64,000 nt of DNA from assembly GCA_963789955.1 (NCBI GenBank), contig CAWBMV010000001.1:416001-480000 (forward strand), read 5' to 3'. This DNA comes from an uncultured Candidatus Rokubacteria bacterium. GTDB taxonomy: Bacteria > Methylomirabilota > Methylomirabilia > Rokubacteriales > CSP1-6. The notes under the pieces were generated by a model. It did no database searches. It was given only the letters and a program-made list of their open reading frames with translations, and was not told the origin of the DNA. The position numbers were made by a program, and so were the translations under genes. How positions within the stretch are numbered: position 1 is the first letter of the stretch; every line of letters starts with the position of its first letter. Of this stretch, positions 10,019-20,296 are shown one piece after another.

Positions 10019-12151
10019 ATGGCGACGGAAGCCATCCGGCCGGTTTACGCTCGTCCCTCGCTCGAGCGGGCCCACGAGGACCCGGCCGAGCGACAGTTCC
10101 GCCGCCGACTGAGGCTCTATCAGGAGCTCACGGTCCGCGGCGGCGTCGCCCTGGTCATCGTGGCGTTCCAGCTCGCGTTCGCGGTCGAGCCCCCGGCCTT
10201 CGCGCGCTGCATCTCGCTCCTCGCGCTCTTCGGGCTCTTCCTGAACGGGCCCTACTTCCTCGCGGCTCGCAACGGGCGCGCGTTCGTCGCGCAGGCCTAC
10301 GTCCGGATGCTCGTCGACGTCCTGCTCCTGAGTGTCGGGCTCTACTTCGCGGGTGGCCTGGCCGCCGCCCACTTCCTCGGCGCATACCTGATCGTGATGA
10401 TCTACGCGGGCATCACCTTCTCGAGCCGCGCGTGCCTGACCGCGACCGCGGCGGCGACCGGCAGCTACGTGACGATCGTGTCGCTGCAGCACGCGGGAAT
10501 CCTGAGCGCGCCCTTCGAGCTCCCGAACGCCGTGATGATCGCGACGTTCAACCTGATCTTGCTCAACATCGCCGGCGCGCTGACGGCGATGCTGTCGCGC
10601 GCGCTGCGCGAGAGCCGCCGCCGCCTTCGCGCGACGTATCAGGAGCTCGAGCGCTTCGTCGAGGCGATCCCCGACGTCATCTACGTGGTCGATCGCGCCG
10701 GACGTCTGACCCTCTGGAATCAGAAGCTCGAGAGCGTGACCGGCCGCGGCGCCGCGGCGCTCAAGGGCGAGCTGCTGACCGATCTGCTCGCCGAGGACGA
10801 CCGCGCGCCGTTCCGCGCGGCGCTCGCCACGGGCCTCGAAGACCGTCCCGTTCGAGGTCGAAGGCCGGCTGCGCGGCGCCGACGGCGCGCTGATCGCCTA
10901 TCAATGGACCGGCGCCGCGCTCACCGACGCGCACGGCCAGGTGAGCGGGCTCACCGGCGTGGGGCGCGACGTCACGGAGCGCAAGCGCGCCGACGAGATC
11001 CTGCGCCAGCGCGAGACCGAGATGCGGCAGCTGCAGAAGATCGAGGCGATCGGCCGGCTCGCCGGCGGAGTCGCCCACGACTTCAACAACGTGCTCACCG
11101 TCGTCATCGGGCGCAGCCAGCTCATGCTGTCCCGCTACCAGCCCGACGATCCCGCGTATCAGGACCTCGACCAGATCGAGAGCACCGCGCAGCGCGCCGC
11201 CAGCCTGACGCGACAGCTGCTCGCGTTCAGCCGCAATCAGGCCTCGGCTCGCCAGCCGGTCGATTTGAATGCCATGGTCACGAGCGTGACCGACATGCTG
11301 GCGCGGCTCATCGGCGAGCACATCGATCTGGCGGTGACGCTCGACCCGAAGCTCGACCTCGTGATGGCCGACCCGGGCCAGATCGAGCAGGTCATCGTCA
11401 ACTTCGCGGTCAACGCGCGCGATGCCATGCCCAACGGCGGCCGTCTCACGATCACGACTCGCAACGTCATGCTGAACGCCGCGTTCGTCGCCGCCCACCC
11501 GGCCGCCTCCGTCGGCCCGCACGTCGTCCTGGAGGTCTGCGACAACGGGGTCGGCATGGACGATCCGACCTTGCAGCGGGTCTTCGAGCCGTTCTTCACG
11601 ACCAAGGCGGCCGGCAAGGGATGCGGGCTCGGGCTGTCGACGGTGTACGGGATCGTGAAGGGGCACGACGGCTACACCGCCGTGGAGAGCGAGCCCGGGC
11701 GCGGCGCGACGTTTCGCGTCTATCTCCCTCGCATGGCGGCGCCGGTCGCCGCGCCGCGCGGAGAGCGCGGACAGGGCTCACGCCGGGCGGCGACGAGACG
11801 ATCCTGCTGGTCGAGGACGAGGAGGCCGTCCGGGGTCTCGTGCGTGAGATCCTGATCCGGCTCGGCTACCGCGTCCTGGTGGCGAGCGACGGGATCGAGG
11901 CGCTCGCGCTGAGCCGGGAGTTCGCGGAGCCGATCGACCTCCTGCTGACCGACGTCGTCATGCCCGGGATGGACGGGCGCGAGCTGGCGGAGCGGATGCG
12001 GATGACACGCCCGGACACGCGGATTCTGTTCATGTCCGGCTATGCCGAGCCGCCGATTCCCGACGACGTCTTGCTCCAGAAGCCCGTCACCCCCGACGCG
12101 CTCGCCCGAAAAGTCTCCGAAGTTCTGCACCAGCCCGCGCTCACCGACTGA
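10019..12151 (+). CDS. Membrane hybrid sensor histidine kinase (TM-PAS-HisKA-HATPase-REC) with two apparent frameshifts (~10845, ~11775)
   Basis: TM and PAS in ORF 9875..12151; AHDFNN H-box and FEPFFTTK...GLGL in ORF 10941..11855; REC (LLVEDE, LLTDVVMP, KP) back in the first frame. Confidence 0.85.
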   Translation: MATEAIRPVYARPSLERAHEDPAERQFRRRLRLYQELTVRGGVALVIVAFQLAFAVEPPAFARCISLLALFGLFLNGPYFLAARNGRAFVAQAYVRMLVDVLLLSVGLYFAGGLAAAHFLGAYLIVMIYAGITFSSRACLTATAAATGSYVTIVSLQHAGILSAPFELPNAVMIATFNLILLNIAGALTAMLSRALRESRRRLRATYQELERFVEAIPDVIYVVDRAGRLTLWNQKLESVTGRGAAALKGELLTDLLAEDDRAPFRAALATGLEDRPVRGRRPAARRRRRADRLSMDRRRAHRRARPGERAHRRGARRHGAQARRRDPAPARDRDAAAAEDRGDRPARRRSRPRLQQRAHRRHRAQPAHAVPLPARRSRVSGPRPDREHRAARRQPDATAARVQPQSGLGSPAGRFECHGHERDRHAGAAHRRAHRSGGDARPEARPRDGRPGPDRAGHRQLRGQRARCHAQRRPSHDHDSQRHAERRVRRRPPGRLRRPARRPGGLRQRGRHGRSDLAAGLRAVLHDQGGRQGMRARAVDGVRDREGARRLHRRGERARARRDVSRLSPSHGGAGRRAARRARTGLTPGGDETILLVEDEEAVRGLVREILIRLGYRVLVASDGIEALALSREFAEPIDLLLTDVVMPGMDGRELAERMRMTRPDTRILFMSGYAEPPIPDDVLLQKPVTPDALARKVSEVLHQPALTD

Positions 12152-12176
12152 GCGTGCCGCGCGCCCGCTCGGCGGG

Positions 12177-12204
12177 TTGACATCCCGAGCGATTCCCCCA
12201 TAAT
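12177..12204 (+). promoter_or_regulatory. Sigma-70 promoter
   Basis: TTGACA-N16-CATAAT upstream of the deacetylase operon. Confidence 0.6.
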
Positions 12205-12236
12205 CGGCTGCCATGAAATTCTCGAGGCAGAACGCG

Positions 12237-13096
12237 ATGCGCTATCCGTGGCCCGACGGCAAGCAGTCCGCGGCCGTGCTCTCGTTCGACTTCGACGCGG
12301 AATCGGGCTTTCTCTTCCGCGAGCCCGAGAAGGCCAAGCGCAGCCTGGCCGACCTGGAAGAGCGGCGCTTCGGACCACGGGTCGGCGTCGATCGCATCTT
12401 GAGGATGCTCGACCGGCTGCGCATGCGGGCGAGCTTCTATATCCCGGGCTGGACGGTCGAGAACCATCTGCCGCAATGCAAGCGGATCCGAGACGCCGGG
12501 CACGAGATCGGCGCGCACGGCAACGTCCACGAGGCGGTCGCCGCGCTCGATCAGGCGCAGGAGAAGGCCGTGCTCGCCGAGCAGCTGCGGATTCTCGCCG
12601 ATCATCTCGGCGTCCGTCCGGCCGGCTATCGCTCGCCGTCCTGGGACGTGAACGTGTGGACGCCGGGCCTGCTGAAGACTCACGGGTTTCGCTACGACAG
12701 CTCGCTGATGGGCAACGACGTGCCCTACGACGTGGCCACGCCCGAAGGGCCGCTCACCGAGATTCCGGTGCAGTGGATCATGGACGACGCGCCGCTGTTT
12801 CGCCACGTGTACGGCTCGACCAATGCCATCGCCGATCCCGGCCGCGTGCTGCAGATGTGGAGCAAGGAATTCATCGCGATGCACCGCGAGAACGGCTGCT
12901 TCGTGCTGACGTGCCACCCGTTCATCAGCGGGCGGGCGTCGCGGGTGGCACTGATCGAGGAGCTCGTCGCGTACATGCGCCGACAGCGCGGCGTCTGGTT
13001 CGCGACCTGCGAGGACGTCGCGCGCTGGCACGACGAGCACGGACGGTCGGGCTCGGCGCGGCGCCGGCGCGCCGCGCGAAGCGCGCCGCGCGCTGA
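12237..13096 (+). CDS. Polysaccharide deacetylase (NodB/CE4, PuuE/PgdA-like); true stop probably TGA 13094-13096, hidden by an indel
   Basis: SFDFDAE, HEIGAHGNVH, GYRSP, YDSSLM, CHPFISGR motifs; the listed ORF reads on over the next gene. Confidence 0.8.
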
Positions 13097-13152
13097 GCCG
13101 CAACGTCAACCCGACACTCCGACGATCGCTGACAGAGGGAAAGGACAGCCAG

Positions 13153-13461
13153 ATGCCGCGATTCGTGACGGTGGCGAAGGCCGACAGCATCCAGCCGGGC
13201 CAGATGATCAAGGTCGAGATCGACAATCTGCCGGTCGCGGTCGCGAACGTCGGCGGGACCTTCCACGCGTTCGACGACACGTGCACGCACGAAGACTGCT
13301 CGCTCGCCGAGGGCGAGCTGGCGAAAACGGTCGTGACGTGTCCGGCCCACTTCGCGGAGTTCGACATCCGCAACGGCGCCGTGCTCGCGCCGCCCGCCAC
13401 GGTACCGATCAAGGTCTATCCCGTCCGCATTCAGGGTAACGACGTGCAAGTGGAATTCTGA
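13153..13461 (+). CDS. Rieske-type [2Fe-2S] ferredoxin
   Basis: CTH...CPAH Rieske ligands; 102 aa. Confidence 0.92.
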   Translation: MPRFVTVAKADSIQPGQMIKVEIDNLPVAVANVGGTFHAFDDTCTHEDCSLAEGELAKTVVTCPAHFAEFDIRNGAVLAPPATVPIKVYPVRIQGNDVQVEF

Positions 13462-14684
13462 TGCCGACGATCGCGATCGTCGGCGCCAGCCTCACCGGGT
13501 CGTCGGCCGCCGCGACCCTGCGCGAGGAAGGCTTCGACGGCCGCGTGCTCCTGATCGGCGCCGAGCCGCAGCCTCCGTACGATCGACCGCCGCTCTCCAA
13601 GAACTATCTGCGCGGCGGGACACCGTTCGAGAAGACCCTGCTGCGGCCGCCGGACTTCTACCGGGAGCGCGACATCGAGCTGCGCCTGGGGACGACGGTC
13701 GTGAAGGTCGACCCGGAGAAACGGACGCTCGCGCTGCAGGACGGCGACCGGCTCGAGTTCGATCAGCTGCTCATCGCGACCGGCGGCAGAAATCGGCGCT
13801 TCCCGATTCCCGGCCTCGATCTGCCCGGCGTCTACGACCTGCGCACGGTGGCCGATGCCGACCGCATCCGCGACGCGATCGCGCGCGGCGGCCGCGCGGT
13901 CGTCGTCGGGCTGGGCTTCATCGGCGCCGAGGTCGCGGCGTCGATGCGCCAGTCGGGGCTCGAGGTCGTCGCCGTCGAGCCGTTCAAGACGCCGCTCTAC
14001 CGGGCGCTCGGCGAAGACATCGGCCGGGTGGTCGAGGGTCTCCATCGCGACCACGGCGTCGAGATGATCCTGGACGATGCCGTGACGGCGTTCGAGGGCG
14101 CCGGCAAGGTCGAGCGCGTCGTGACCCGCCAGGGGCGGCGCATCGAGTGCAGCCTGGCGGTCTTCGGGCTCGGTATCGAGCCCGTCACCGAGCTCGTCGC
14201 GGGCACCGCCGTGCGCGTCGACAACGGGATCGTCGTCGACGATCAGTGCCGAACCAACGTGCGCGGCATCTTCGCCGCCGGTGACGTCGCCAATCACTTT
14301 CACCCCGTGTGCGGGCGCCAGATGCGGGTCGAGCACTGGCAGAACGGCGTCAAGCAGGGGGCCGCCGCCGCGCGCAGCATGCTCGGACGGGGACAGGCCT
14401 ACGACGAGGTTCACTGGTTCTGGTCCGATCAGTTCGACGCGAACATCCAGTACGCGGGATTCCACGCCGCCTGGGACCGGATGGTCGTGCGCGGCAGCCT
14501 GGCCGAGCGCAAGTTCCTCGCGTTCTACCTGGCCGAGGGCCGGCTGGAGTCCGTCGTCGCGATCAATCAGGGACGTGACGTGCGACGAGCCCTGCCGATC
14601 ATCAAGTCGCGCGTGACCGTCGATCCCGCGCGTCTCGAGGATCCGTCCGTGGATCTGCGAACGCTCGCGCCGGCGACCGCGTAG
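13461..14684 (+). CDS. FAD/NAD(P)H-dependent ferredoxin reductase
   Basis: IVGASLTG, PYDRPPLSK, GLGFIGAE, FAAGDVA, RVEHWQN, FWSDQ motifs; TGATG overlap with the ferredoxin. Confidence 0.92.
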   Translation: MPTIAIVGASLTGSSAAATLREEGFDGRVLLIGAEPQPPYDRPPLSKNYLRGGTPFEKTLLRPPDFYRERDIELRLGTTVVKVDPEKRTLALQDGDRLEFDQLLIATGGRNRRFPIPGLDLPGVYDLRTVADADRIRDAIARGGRAVVVGLGFIGAEVAASMRQSGLEVVAVEPFKTPLYRALGEDIGRVVEGLHRDHGVEMILDDAVTAFEGAGKVERVVTRQGRRIECSLAVFGLGIEPVTELVAGTAVRVDNGIVVDDQCRTNVRGIFAAGDVANHFHPVCGRQMRVEHWQNGVKQGAAAARSMLGRGQAYDEVHWFWSDQFDANIQYAGFHAAWDRMVVRGSLAERKFLAFYLAEGRLESVVAINQGRDVRRALPIIKSRVTVDPARLEDPSVDLRTLAPATA

Positions 14685-14698
14685 CGAGGGAGCTCCGA

Positions 14699-15844
14699 AT
14701 GATCAAGCGCTTCTCGACTCTCTATATCGGGCACATCGAGCTGGAGAACTGCGGGCACGCCGGCACGCCGGCCGACGACCGCCGCTATCCGAACGAGCGG
14801 GTGATCGAGGCCTTCGACACCACGCTCGAGCTCGCGCAGACGATGGACGACCTCGGGTACGAGGCGCTCTGGCTGGCCGAGCACCACTTCCAGCACGAAG
14901 GCTACGAGTGCATCCCGAACATCCCGCTGCTGGCCGTCCACATCGCCAACCACACGCGGCGGCTCAAGATCGGCTGCGGGTTCAACATCACGCCCACCTG
15001 GCACCCGATTCGTTTGGCCGAGGACTACGCGACGGCCGACATCCTGACCGGAGGGCGCCTGATCTTCGGCGTCGGCCGCGGCTACCACTCGCGAGAAGTC
15101 GAGAGCTTCGGCAACCCGATGCTCGACGGCGAGGCCAATCGCGAGCTGTTCGAGGAGCAGATCGAGATCATCCTCAAGGCGTTCAATCAGGCCTCGTTCT
15201 CGCACCAGGGGAAGTACTACACGATCCCGCCGGCGGTGCCGTATCGCGGCTATCAGCTGAAGGAGCTCTCGCTGGTCCCGCGCCCGGTGCATCTGCCGGT
15301 CGAGATCTGGCAGCCCATCGTCAGCGGCAGCGCGCGCGGGCTCGAGTTCATGATCAAGCACGGCATCAAGGGTGTCGTCTCCGCCACCGCCGAGCAGTTC
15401 GCCGACCGGTGGTTCCGCGACTATCAGGCCGTGGCGCGCGCGCACGGGCGGGAATTACAGCTCGGCCAGGATCTGATCCTCGGATTCCGGATGAGTATCG
15501 ACGACACCCAGGAGCTCGCCGTCCGCAAGGCGCGCCCGTACTTCGAGGAGCACGCGAAGTTCATGGGGCCGCTGGGGATGCTGCGTTACAGCGAGGAGCA
15601 CGTGAAGGCGGTCGCGGAGCGCAGGGCTCAGTCACCCACCGCCGCGACGATCGAGAACGGCGTGCAGAACCGCACCTGGCTCTGCGGGCCCGCCGAGGAG
15701 TTCATCGGCTATCTGAAGGACGTCGAGCGCCGCTATCCGGGGCTCGAGCACGTCATGGTCTCGTGCCCGCTCGGAACGCCGAAGAAGATCATGAAGGAGA
15801 ATCTCACGCGCTTCGCGCGCGAGGTGATGCCGGCCTTCAAATAG
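14699..15844 (+). CDS. LLM-class flavin-dependent oxidoreductase
   Basis: WLAEHHFQ, HPIRLAEDYA, GVGRGYH motifs. Confidence 0.9.
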   Translation: MIKRFSTLYIGHIELENCGHAGTPADDRRYPNERVIEAFDTTLELAQTMDDLGYEALWLAEHHFQHEGYECIPNIPLLAVHIANHTRRLKIGCGFNITPTWHPIRLAEDYATADILTGGRLIFGVGRGYHSREVESFGNPMLDGEANRELFEEQIEIILKAFNQASFSHQGKYYTIPPAVPYRGYQLKELSLVPRPVHLPVEIWQPIVSGSARGLEFMIKHGIKGVVSATAEQFADRWFRDYQAVARAHGRELQLGQDLILGFRMSIDDTQELAVRKARPYFEEHAKFMGPLGMLRYSEEHVKAVAERRAQSPTAATIENGVQNRTWLCGPAEEFIGYLKDVERRYPGLEHVMVSCPLGTPKKIMKENLTRFAREVMPAFK

Positions 15845-15920
15845 CCGGACGTGTGGCCCGGGCAGGTTTACCTGGATCCAGCGTTTGTCTTCGCGGGGTA
15901 CCCGATGATGCGGTGTCGGA

Positions 15921-17294
15921 TCAGCCCCTGCGGGCCACGCGACCGTTCCCCGACTCGACGTCTTCTTCCACGAACCGCCCGGCACGCGGCAAGTGCACCT
16001 TGAACGTCGCACCGCGATCGTCTGGCGCGTCCAGGGAGATTCGGCCGCCCTGGCGCTGCACGAGCACGCGCGAGATCGCGAGACCGAGTCCTACGCCCGG
16101 CGCGCCGGTCGAGCGCGATGCTTTGCCTCGATAGAAAGGCTGGAACAGTCGCGCGGCCTCGTCGGGCGAGACGCCGGGGCCGGCATCGGAGACCGCGATG
16201 ACCGCCTCGTCCTCGACCGCGGTGGCGGCGATCCGGACCCGGCCGCCGGCCGGTGAGAACTTCACGGCATTGTCGAGAATGTTCGCGAGGGCGACCTTCG
16301 CCGCGACCGGCGCCGCGTTCACGAAGATGTCCGGCAACGGATCGGCGACGACGACCACGCCCTGCTGCTCGGCCCGCGGCCGCACGGCGAGGACGGCCGC
16401 GTCGACGAGGTCGCTGACCGAGACCGCCTCCGCCGGCTCCTGCTCGTCGGTGGCGTCGATGCGCGCCAGCTCGAGCAGGTCCTCGATGATGCCCTGGACT
16501 CGCTCCACCTCGTCGAGGCAGGAGCGCAAGGTCTCCTCGTACTCCGCCAGCGGCCGCGGCCGGCGAAGTGCGACCTCCAGCTCGGCGCGCAGGCGAGACA
16601 GCGGCGAGCGCAGCTCGTGCGAGGCGTCGGCGGAGAACATCCGGCGGACCTCGAAGCTCCGCTCGAGGCGTCCGAGCATCTCGTTCAGGGTCTCGACGAG
16701 CCGGCCGATCTCGTCGGCGGTCCCGGGATGCGGCAGGCGGTCGGCGAGGTTGGCTTCGCCGATGCGCCGGGCGCGGCTCACCATCTGATCGATCGGATTG
16801 AGCGCCTTGCGCGCGAGCAGGGCCCCGGTGAGTCCGATCACGGCGAGGATGATCTTGACGCCCCCGCGGGTCACCTTGCGGCTCGCGGGATCGAGCAGCA
16901 GATCGGTCACGCGGAGAATGGGTGGTCTGGCGATCCGGGCCCGGCGGAGCAGCGCCCTGATCCGGGCGAGCAGCTCGGCGAAGGCGAACGGCTTGGTCAA
17001 ATAGTCGTCGGCGCCGGTGCTGAGGCCGTTGACGCGATCGACCAGGCTGTGGCGCGCGGTGAGCATCAGGATCGGCGTGGTGAGGTCGCGCGCCCGCAGG
17101 GCCTGGCAGACGGCGATGCCGTCCTTGCCCGGCAGGAGCCAGTCGAGGACGATCACGTCGTACTCGTTCACGAACGCCTGCTCTTCTCCGGTCTCGCCCG
17201 TCGGCGCGACGTCCACGACGAACCCTTCCTCGTGCAGACCCTTGGCCAGCAGCTTGGCCGCCTTCCGATCGTCCTCGATCAACAGAACGCGCAT
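15921..17294 (-). pseudogene. In-frame deletion fusion of an OmpR/CusR-like response regulator to the C-terminal part of its sensor kinase
   Basis: Complete REC and start of winged helix (DPASRKVTRGGVKI) join directly to TM2-HAMP-HisKA (ASHELRSP)-HATPase; DNA-binding helices, TM1 and sensor domain are missing. Confidence 0.75.
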
Positions 17295-17704
17295 AACACC
17301 TCACCGTCGCGACACCCGCCCGCATGGGCGTCCACGAAGAAAACTTCAGGCGCTGTCACCGCAGGCGCAGCGCGCCAGATCGCGATCGCGCCCAACTGAC
17401 TACCTTACTCCAGTGGTCCAGCGATCAGGCGGGCCAGGAACTCGAACGTGTGCTTCGGGTTGGAGGCGTTCTCTTCGGTGATCGCCTTCAAGGCGGCCAA
17501 AGTCGCGTACGTGGCGGGATCACCTGGCGCTTTGCGGCGAACACCGCGTTCGATCTGGCCGCGTACTATCTCTTTGCCGGCAGCGCGCTGGACATGACCG
17601 AGCAGCTGAACGGCGTCGCGGTGAAGCGCGTGATCACGACGGGGCATGGCTGGTCCGATCGCCCATGCCCCGCTTGTCGTATCCGAGGCCGCCTCGAAGC
17701 GGCG

Positions 17705-18856
17705 CTAGCCGAGGCCGTAGAGCCGCGCGCAGTTGTCCCAGAGAATCTTGCGCTTGGTCGTATCGGTCACGCCCTCGAGGCCGAGGAACGTCTCGACGGC
17801 GCGCGGATAGGCCGAGTCGTCGTGGGGCCAGTCCGTCGAGATGACGATGTTGTCGTCGCCCATCGACGGCAGCGCGTGACGCACCACGTCCTCGTCGGGA
17901 TCGACCGAAACCCAGCAGTTGCGCTGGAAGTACTCGCTCGGGCGCATGCTGAGGTGGAAGCGCTCGTCGTCGCCGAACTTCTCGACCCGCTCGTCGAGCG
18001 TCCAGAGCCACCACGGCACCCAGCTGCAGCTGCCTTCGAGGAACGCCGCCTTGAGATGCGGGTATCGCTCGAAGACGCCGCCGGTCAGGAGGCTGCCGAG
18101 CGCCATCATCTGTTCGAGCGGATGCGCGACCGCGTGAGCCATCACGAAGTTGTCCATGAAGCGCCGGCCCAGGTGCTCCTGGTAGGCCATCTGGATCCCG
18201 TGGAAGGCCACGGGCACGCCGAGCCGCTCGGCCTCGGCCCATAGCGGCTCGTACGCCGGGTCGTACCACGCGCGGCCGTTGACCGGGTGGTTGGACAGCA
18301 CCACGGCCACGGCGCCGAGCTCGCGCACGCTGCGCCGCGCCTCTTCGACGGCCAGCTTGGGATCGTGCAGTGGCAGGATGGCCGCCGGCTTCAGACGCGC
18401 CCGGTCGGTCGCGCAGAACTCGCTGAGCCAGTTGTTGAACGCGCGACAGATCGCGGCCGAGAGATCGGGCTCGAGTCCGTCCAGGGCGATCAGGTGCGCG
18501 CCACGCGTGCGGAAGACGATGGCGAGGTCGATCCCCTCGCGGTCCATCGCCTTGAGCATCGCGTGCGGATCGTCACCCGGCAGGTCTTCGGCCGGGTCCT
18601 TGTAGCGTCCCGTCGCCAGATGACGGGCCAGCGCCTTTTCGCGGCGGATGCGTCCGAAGCGGCGGCGCTCCGGCCGATCGAAGAAGGCCGGAAACACCTT
18701 GCCCTCGAACTGCCAGCCGTTGGTGTGCGAGCCGTCGATCGCGGCGAATCGCGGCGCGCGGTCCTTGAACCGGGACTCCAGGTACCGATCCCAGAGGTCG
18801 TGGGGCTCGTCGACGTGGATGTCACTGTCCATCACCTTGAAGCCGCACTTGGCCAT
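17705..18856 (-). CDS. Amidohydrolase family protein (Amidohydro_2)
   Basis: DSDIHVDEP, AFH, LEGSCSW, STDWPHDD motifs; CAGGAGG RBS. Confidence 0.9.
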   Translation of the reverse strand: MAKCGFKVMDSDIHVDEPHDLWDRYLESRFKDRAPRFAAIDGSHTNGWQFEGKVFPAFFDRPERRRFGRIRREKALARHLATGRYKDPAEDLPGDDPHAMLKAMDREGIDLAIVFRTRGAHLIALDGLEPDLSAAICRAFNNWLSEFCATDRARLKPAAILPLHDPKLAVEEARRSVRELGAVAVVLSNHPVNGRAWYDPAYEPLWAEAERLGVPVAFHGIQMAYQEHLGRRFMDNFVMAHAVAHPLEQMMALGSLLTGGVFERYPHLKAAFLEGSCSWVPWWLWTLDERVEKFGDDERFHLSMRPSEYFQRNCWVSVDPDEDVVRHALPSMGDDNIVISTDWPHDDSAYPRAVETFLGLEGVTDTTKRKILWDNCARLYGLG

Positions 18857-18926
18857 GAAGACCTCCTGTCGCGTGACGCGGACGTGCGAGCACGCTAGAG
18901 CGCCCGAAGGGCGGTCGTCAAGGGGG

Positions 18927-20296
18927 CGCATCGACTCAAAACTTCGGTTACCGAAGGGAGGATCGTAACTCAGAAGTCACGGTTACCAATTCCCATGGGG
19001 AGGGGCCCGTGACACGAGCCAGCTTGCGCGAGTACGCTGCCGTTCAGGGGTTGCGGTACCAGCAGGCCACTCGAGCCGAGAAGCACCAACTCTTGGACGA
19101 GATCGTGGCCGTGACGGGGATCCACCGCAAAGCGGCCATCCGGCTGCTGCGGCGCTCGCCCCGGGTGCGATCCCGCCCTGGGCCCGGCGGTCGGCCGCGC
19201 ACGTACGGGCCCGAAGTCGCGGCGGCGGCGGCGGTGGTATGGCAGGCCAGTGGCCGGATCGGGGCGCATCGGCTGCAACCGTTCCTGCCGGAACTGCTCG
19301 AGCGGCTGGTCGGCTGTGGCGAGCTGACGGTCAGCCCGCCCGTCGAAAAGCTCCTGCGGCAGATCAGTCGGCCGACGCTCGCGCGCGTGCTGGAGCCGGC
19401 GCGGGCGCAGTACCCGCGGCGCGGTGCCACCATCACGCACCCCAGCCATCTACTGCGGCAAGAGATTCCCATCCGCACGTTCACCGACTGGGACGACGCC
19501 CGGCCCGGCTTCTTGGAAATCGATCTGGTCGCCCACTGTGGCACGAGCACGCAGGGCTTCTACCTCTGTACGCTCTGCGCGGTGGACATCACGACGGCGT
19601 GGATCGAGCTGGACGCGGTCTGGGGCAAGAATCAAGAGCGGGTGGGGAGCGCGGTGCATCGCGTGCGGGAGCGCTTGCCGGTGCCCCTCATGGGGCTCGA
19701 CAGCGACAACGGGAGCGAGTTCATCAACCGCCACCTCTTGGCCTGGTGTCAACGGCACCGGATCACGTTCACCCGCAGCCGCGCCTGGAAAAAGAACGAC
19801 AGTGCCCACGTCGAGCAGAAGAACGGCGCCATCGTCCGCCACCTCATCGGCTACGATCGGTTCGTCTCCAAGGCCGCCTTTACCCAACTCCAGCGCGTCT
19901 ACGACCTGGTACGACTGCACATCAATTTCTTTCAGCCCGTGGAGAAGCTGGTGAGCAAGACGCGTCACGGCGCCCGCACGCATCGCGTCTACGATTGCGC
20001 GCGGACGCCGTATCAGCGGCTGTGCGCGGCCGGCGTCCTGACGCCCGGCAAGCATGACGAACTCGAGCGGCTCTACCAGACGCTCAATCCGCTCCAGCTC
20101 CGGCGCGACCTCGACGCGGCCCTGGCCCGGCTCTGGGCCCTTGCGGCGCCTGATCCGCACCGCGACCCGGGGCATAGCGCGGTGGCTCCCACCCCTCTCA
20201 AGTCCTCTCCAGGAGGCTCGTAGGCGATGGCTTCGGTAACCGTCAGTTATGAGTTGACGAGAAGGCGAGGGTAACCCTCAGTTATGAGCTGCGACG
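18927..20296 (+). mobile_element. Insertion sequence, ~1370 bp, with imperfect inverted ends and 5-bp GGGGG flanking direct repeat
   Basis: Left end CGCATCGACTCA, right end TGAGCTGCGACG; two GGTTACC/GGTAACC-containing repeats 35 bp apart at each end; GGGGG at 18922-18926 and 20297-20301. Confidence 0.8.
19009..20223 (+). CDS. DDE transposase with rve integrase core
   Basis: FLEIDLVAHCG, LDSDNGSEF, NDSAHVEQKN catalytic D-D-E motifs. Confidence 0.92.
   Translation: MTRASLREYAAVQGLRYQQATRAEKHQLLDEIVAVTGIHRKAAIRLLRRSPRVRSRPGPGGRPRTYGPEVAAAAAVVWQASGRIGAHRLQPFLPELLERLVGCGELTVSPPVEKLLRQISRPTLARVLEPARAQYPRRGATITHPSHLLRQEIPIRTFTDWDDARPGFLEIDLVAHCGTSTQGFYLCTLCAVDITTAWIELDAVWGKNQERVGSAVHRVRERLPVPLMGLDSDNGSEFINRHLLAWCQRHRITFTRSRAWKKNDSAHVEQKNGAIVRHLIGYDRFVSKAAFTQLQRVYDLVRLHINFFQPVEKLVSKTRHGARTHRVYDCARTPYQRLCAAGVLTPGKHDELERLYQTLNPLQLRRDLDAALARLWALAAPDPHRDPGHSAVAPTPLKSSPGGS

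Noticed and set aside
10019..12151. Programmed frameshifting in the hybrid kinase or the exonuclease
   Set aside because: No slippery heptamers seen, and similar indels are scattered through unrelated genes.
12213..13439. Deacetylase with a long C-terminal extension overlapping the ferredoxin
   Set aside because: The extension is low-complexity out-of-frame text; a TGA at 13094 next to a GC dinucleotide run suggests an indel.
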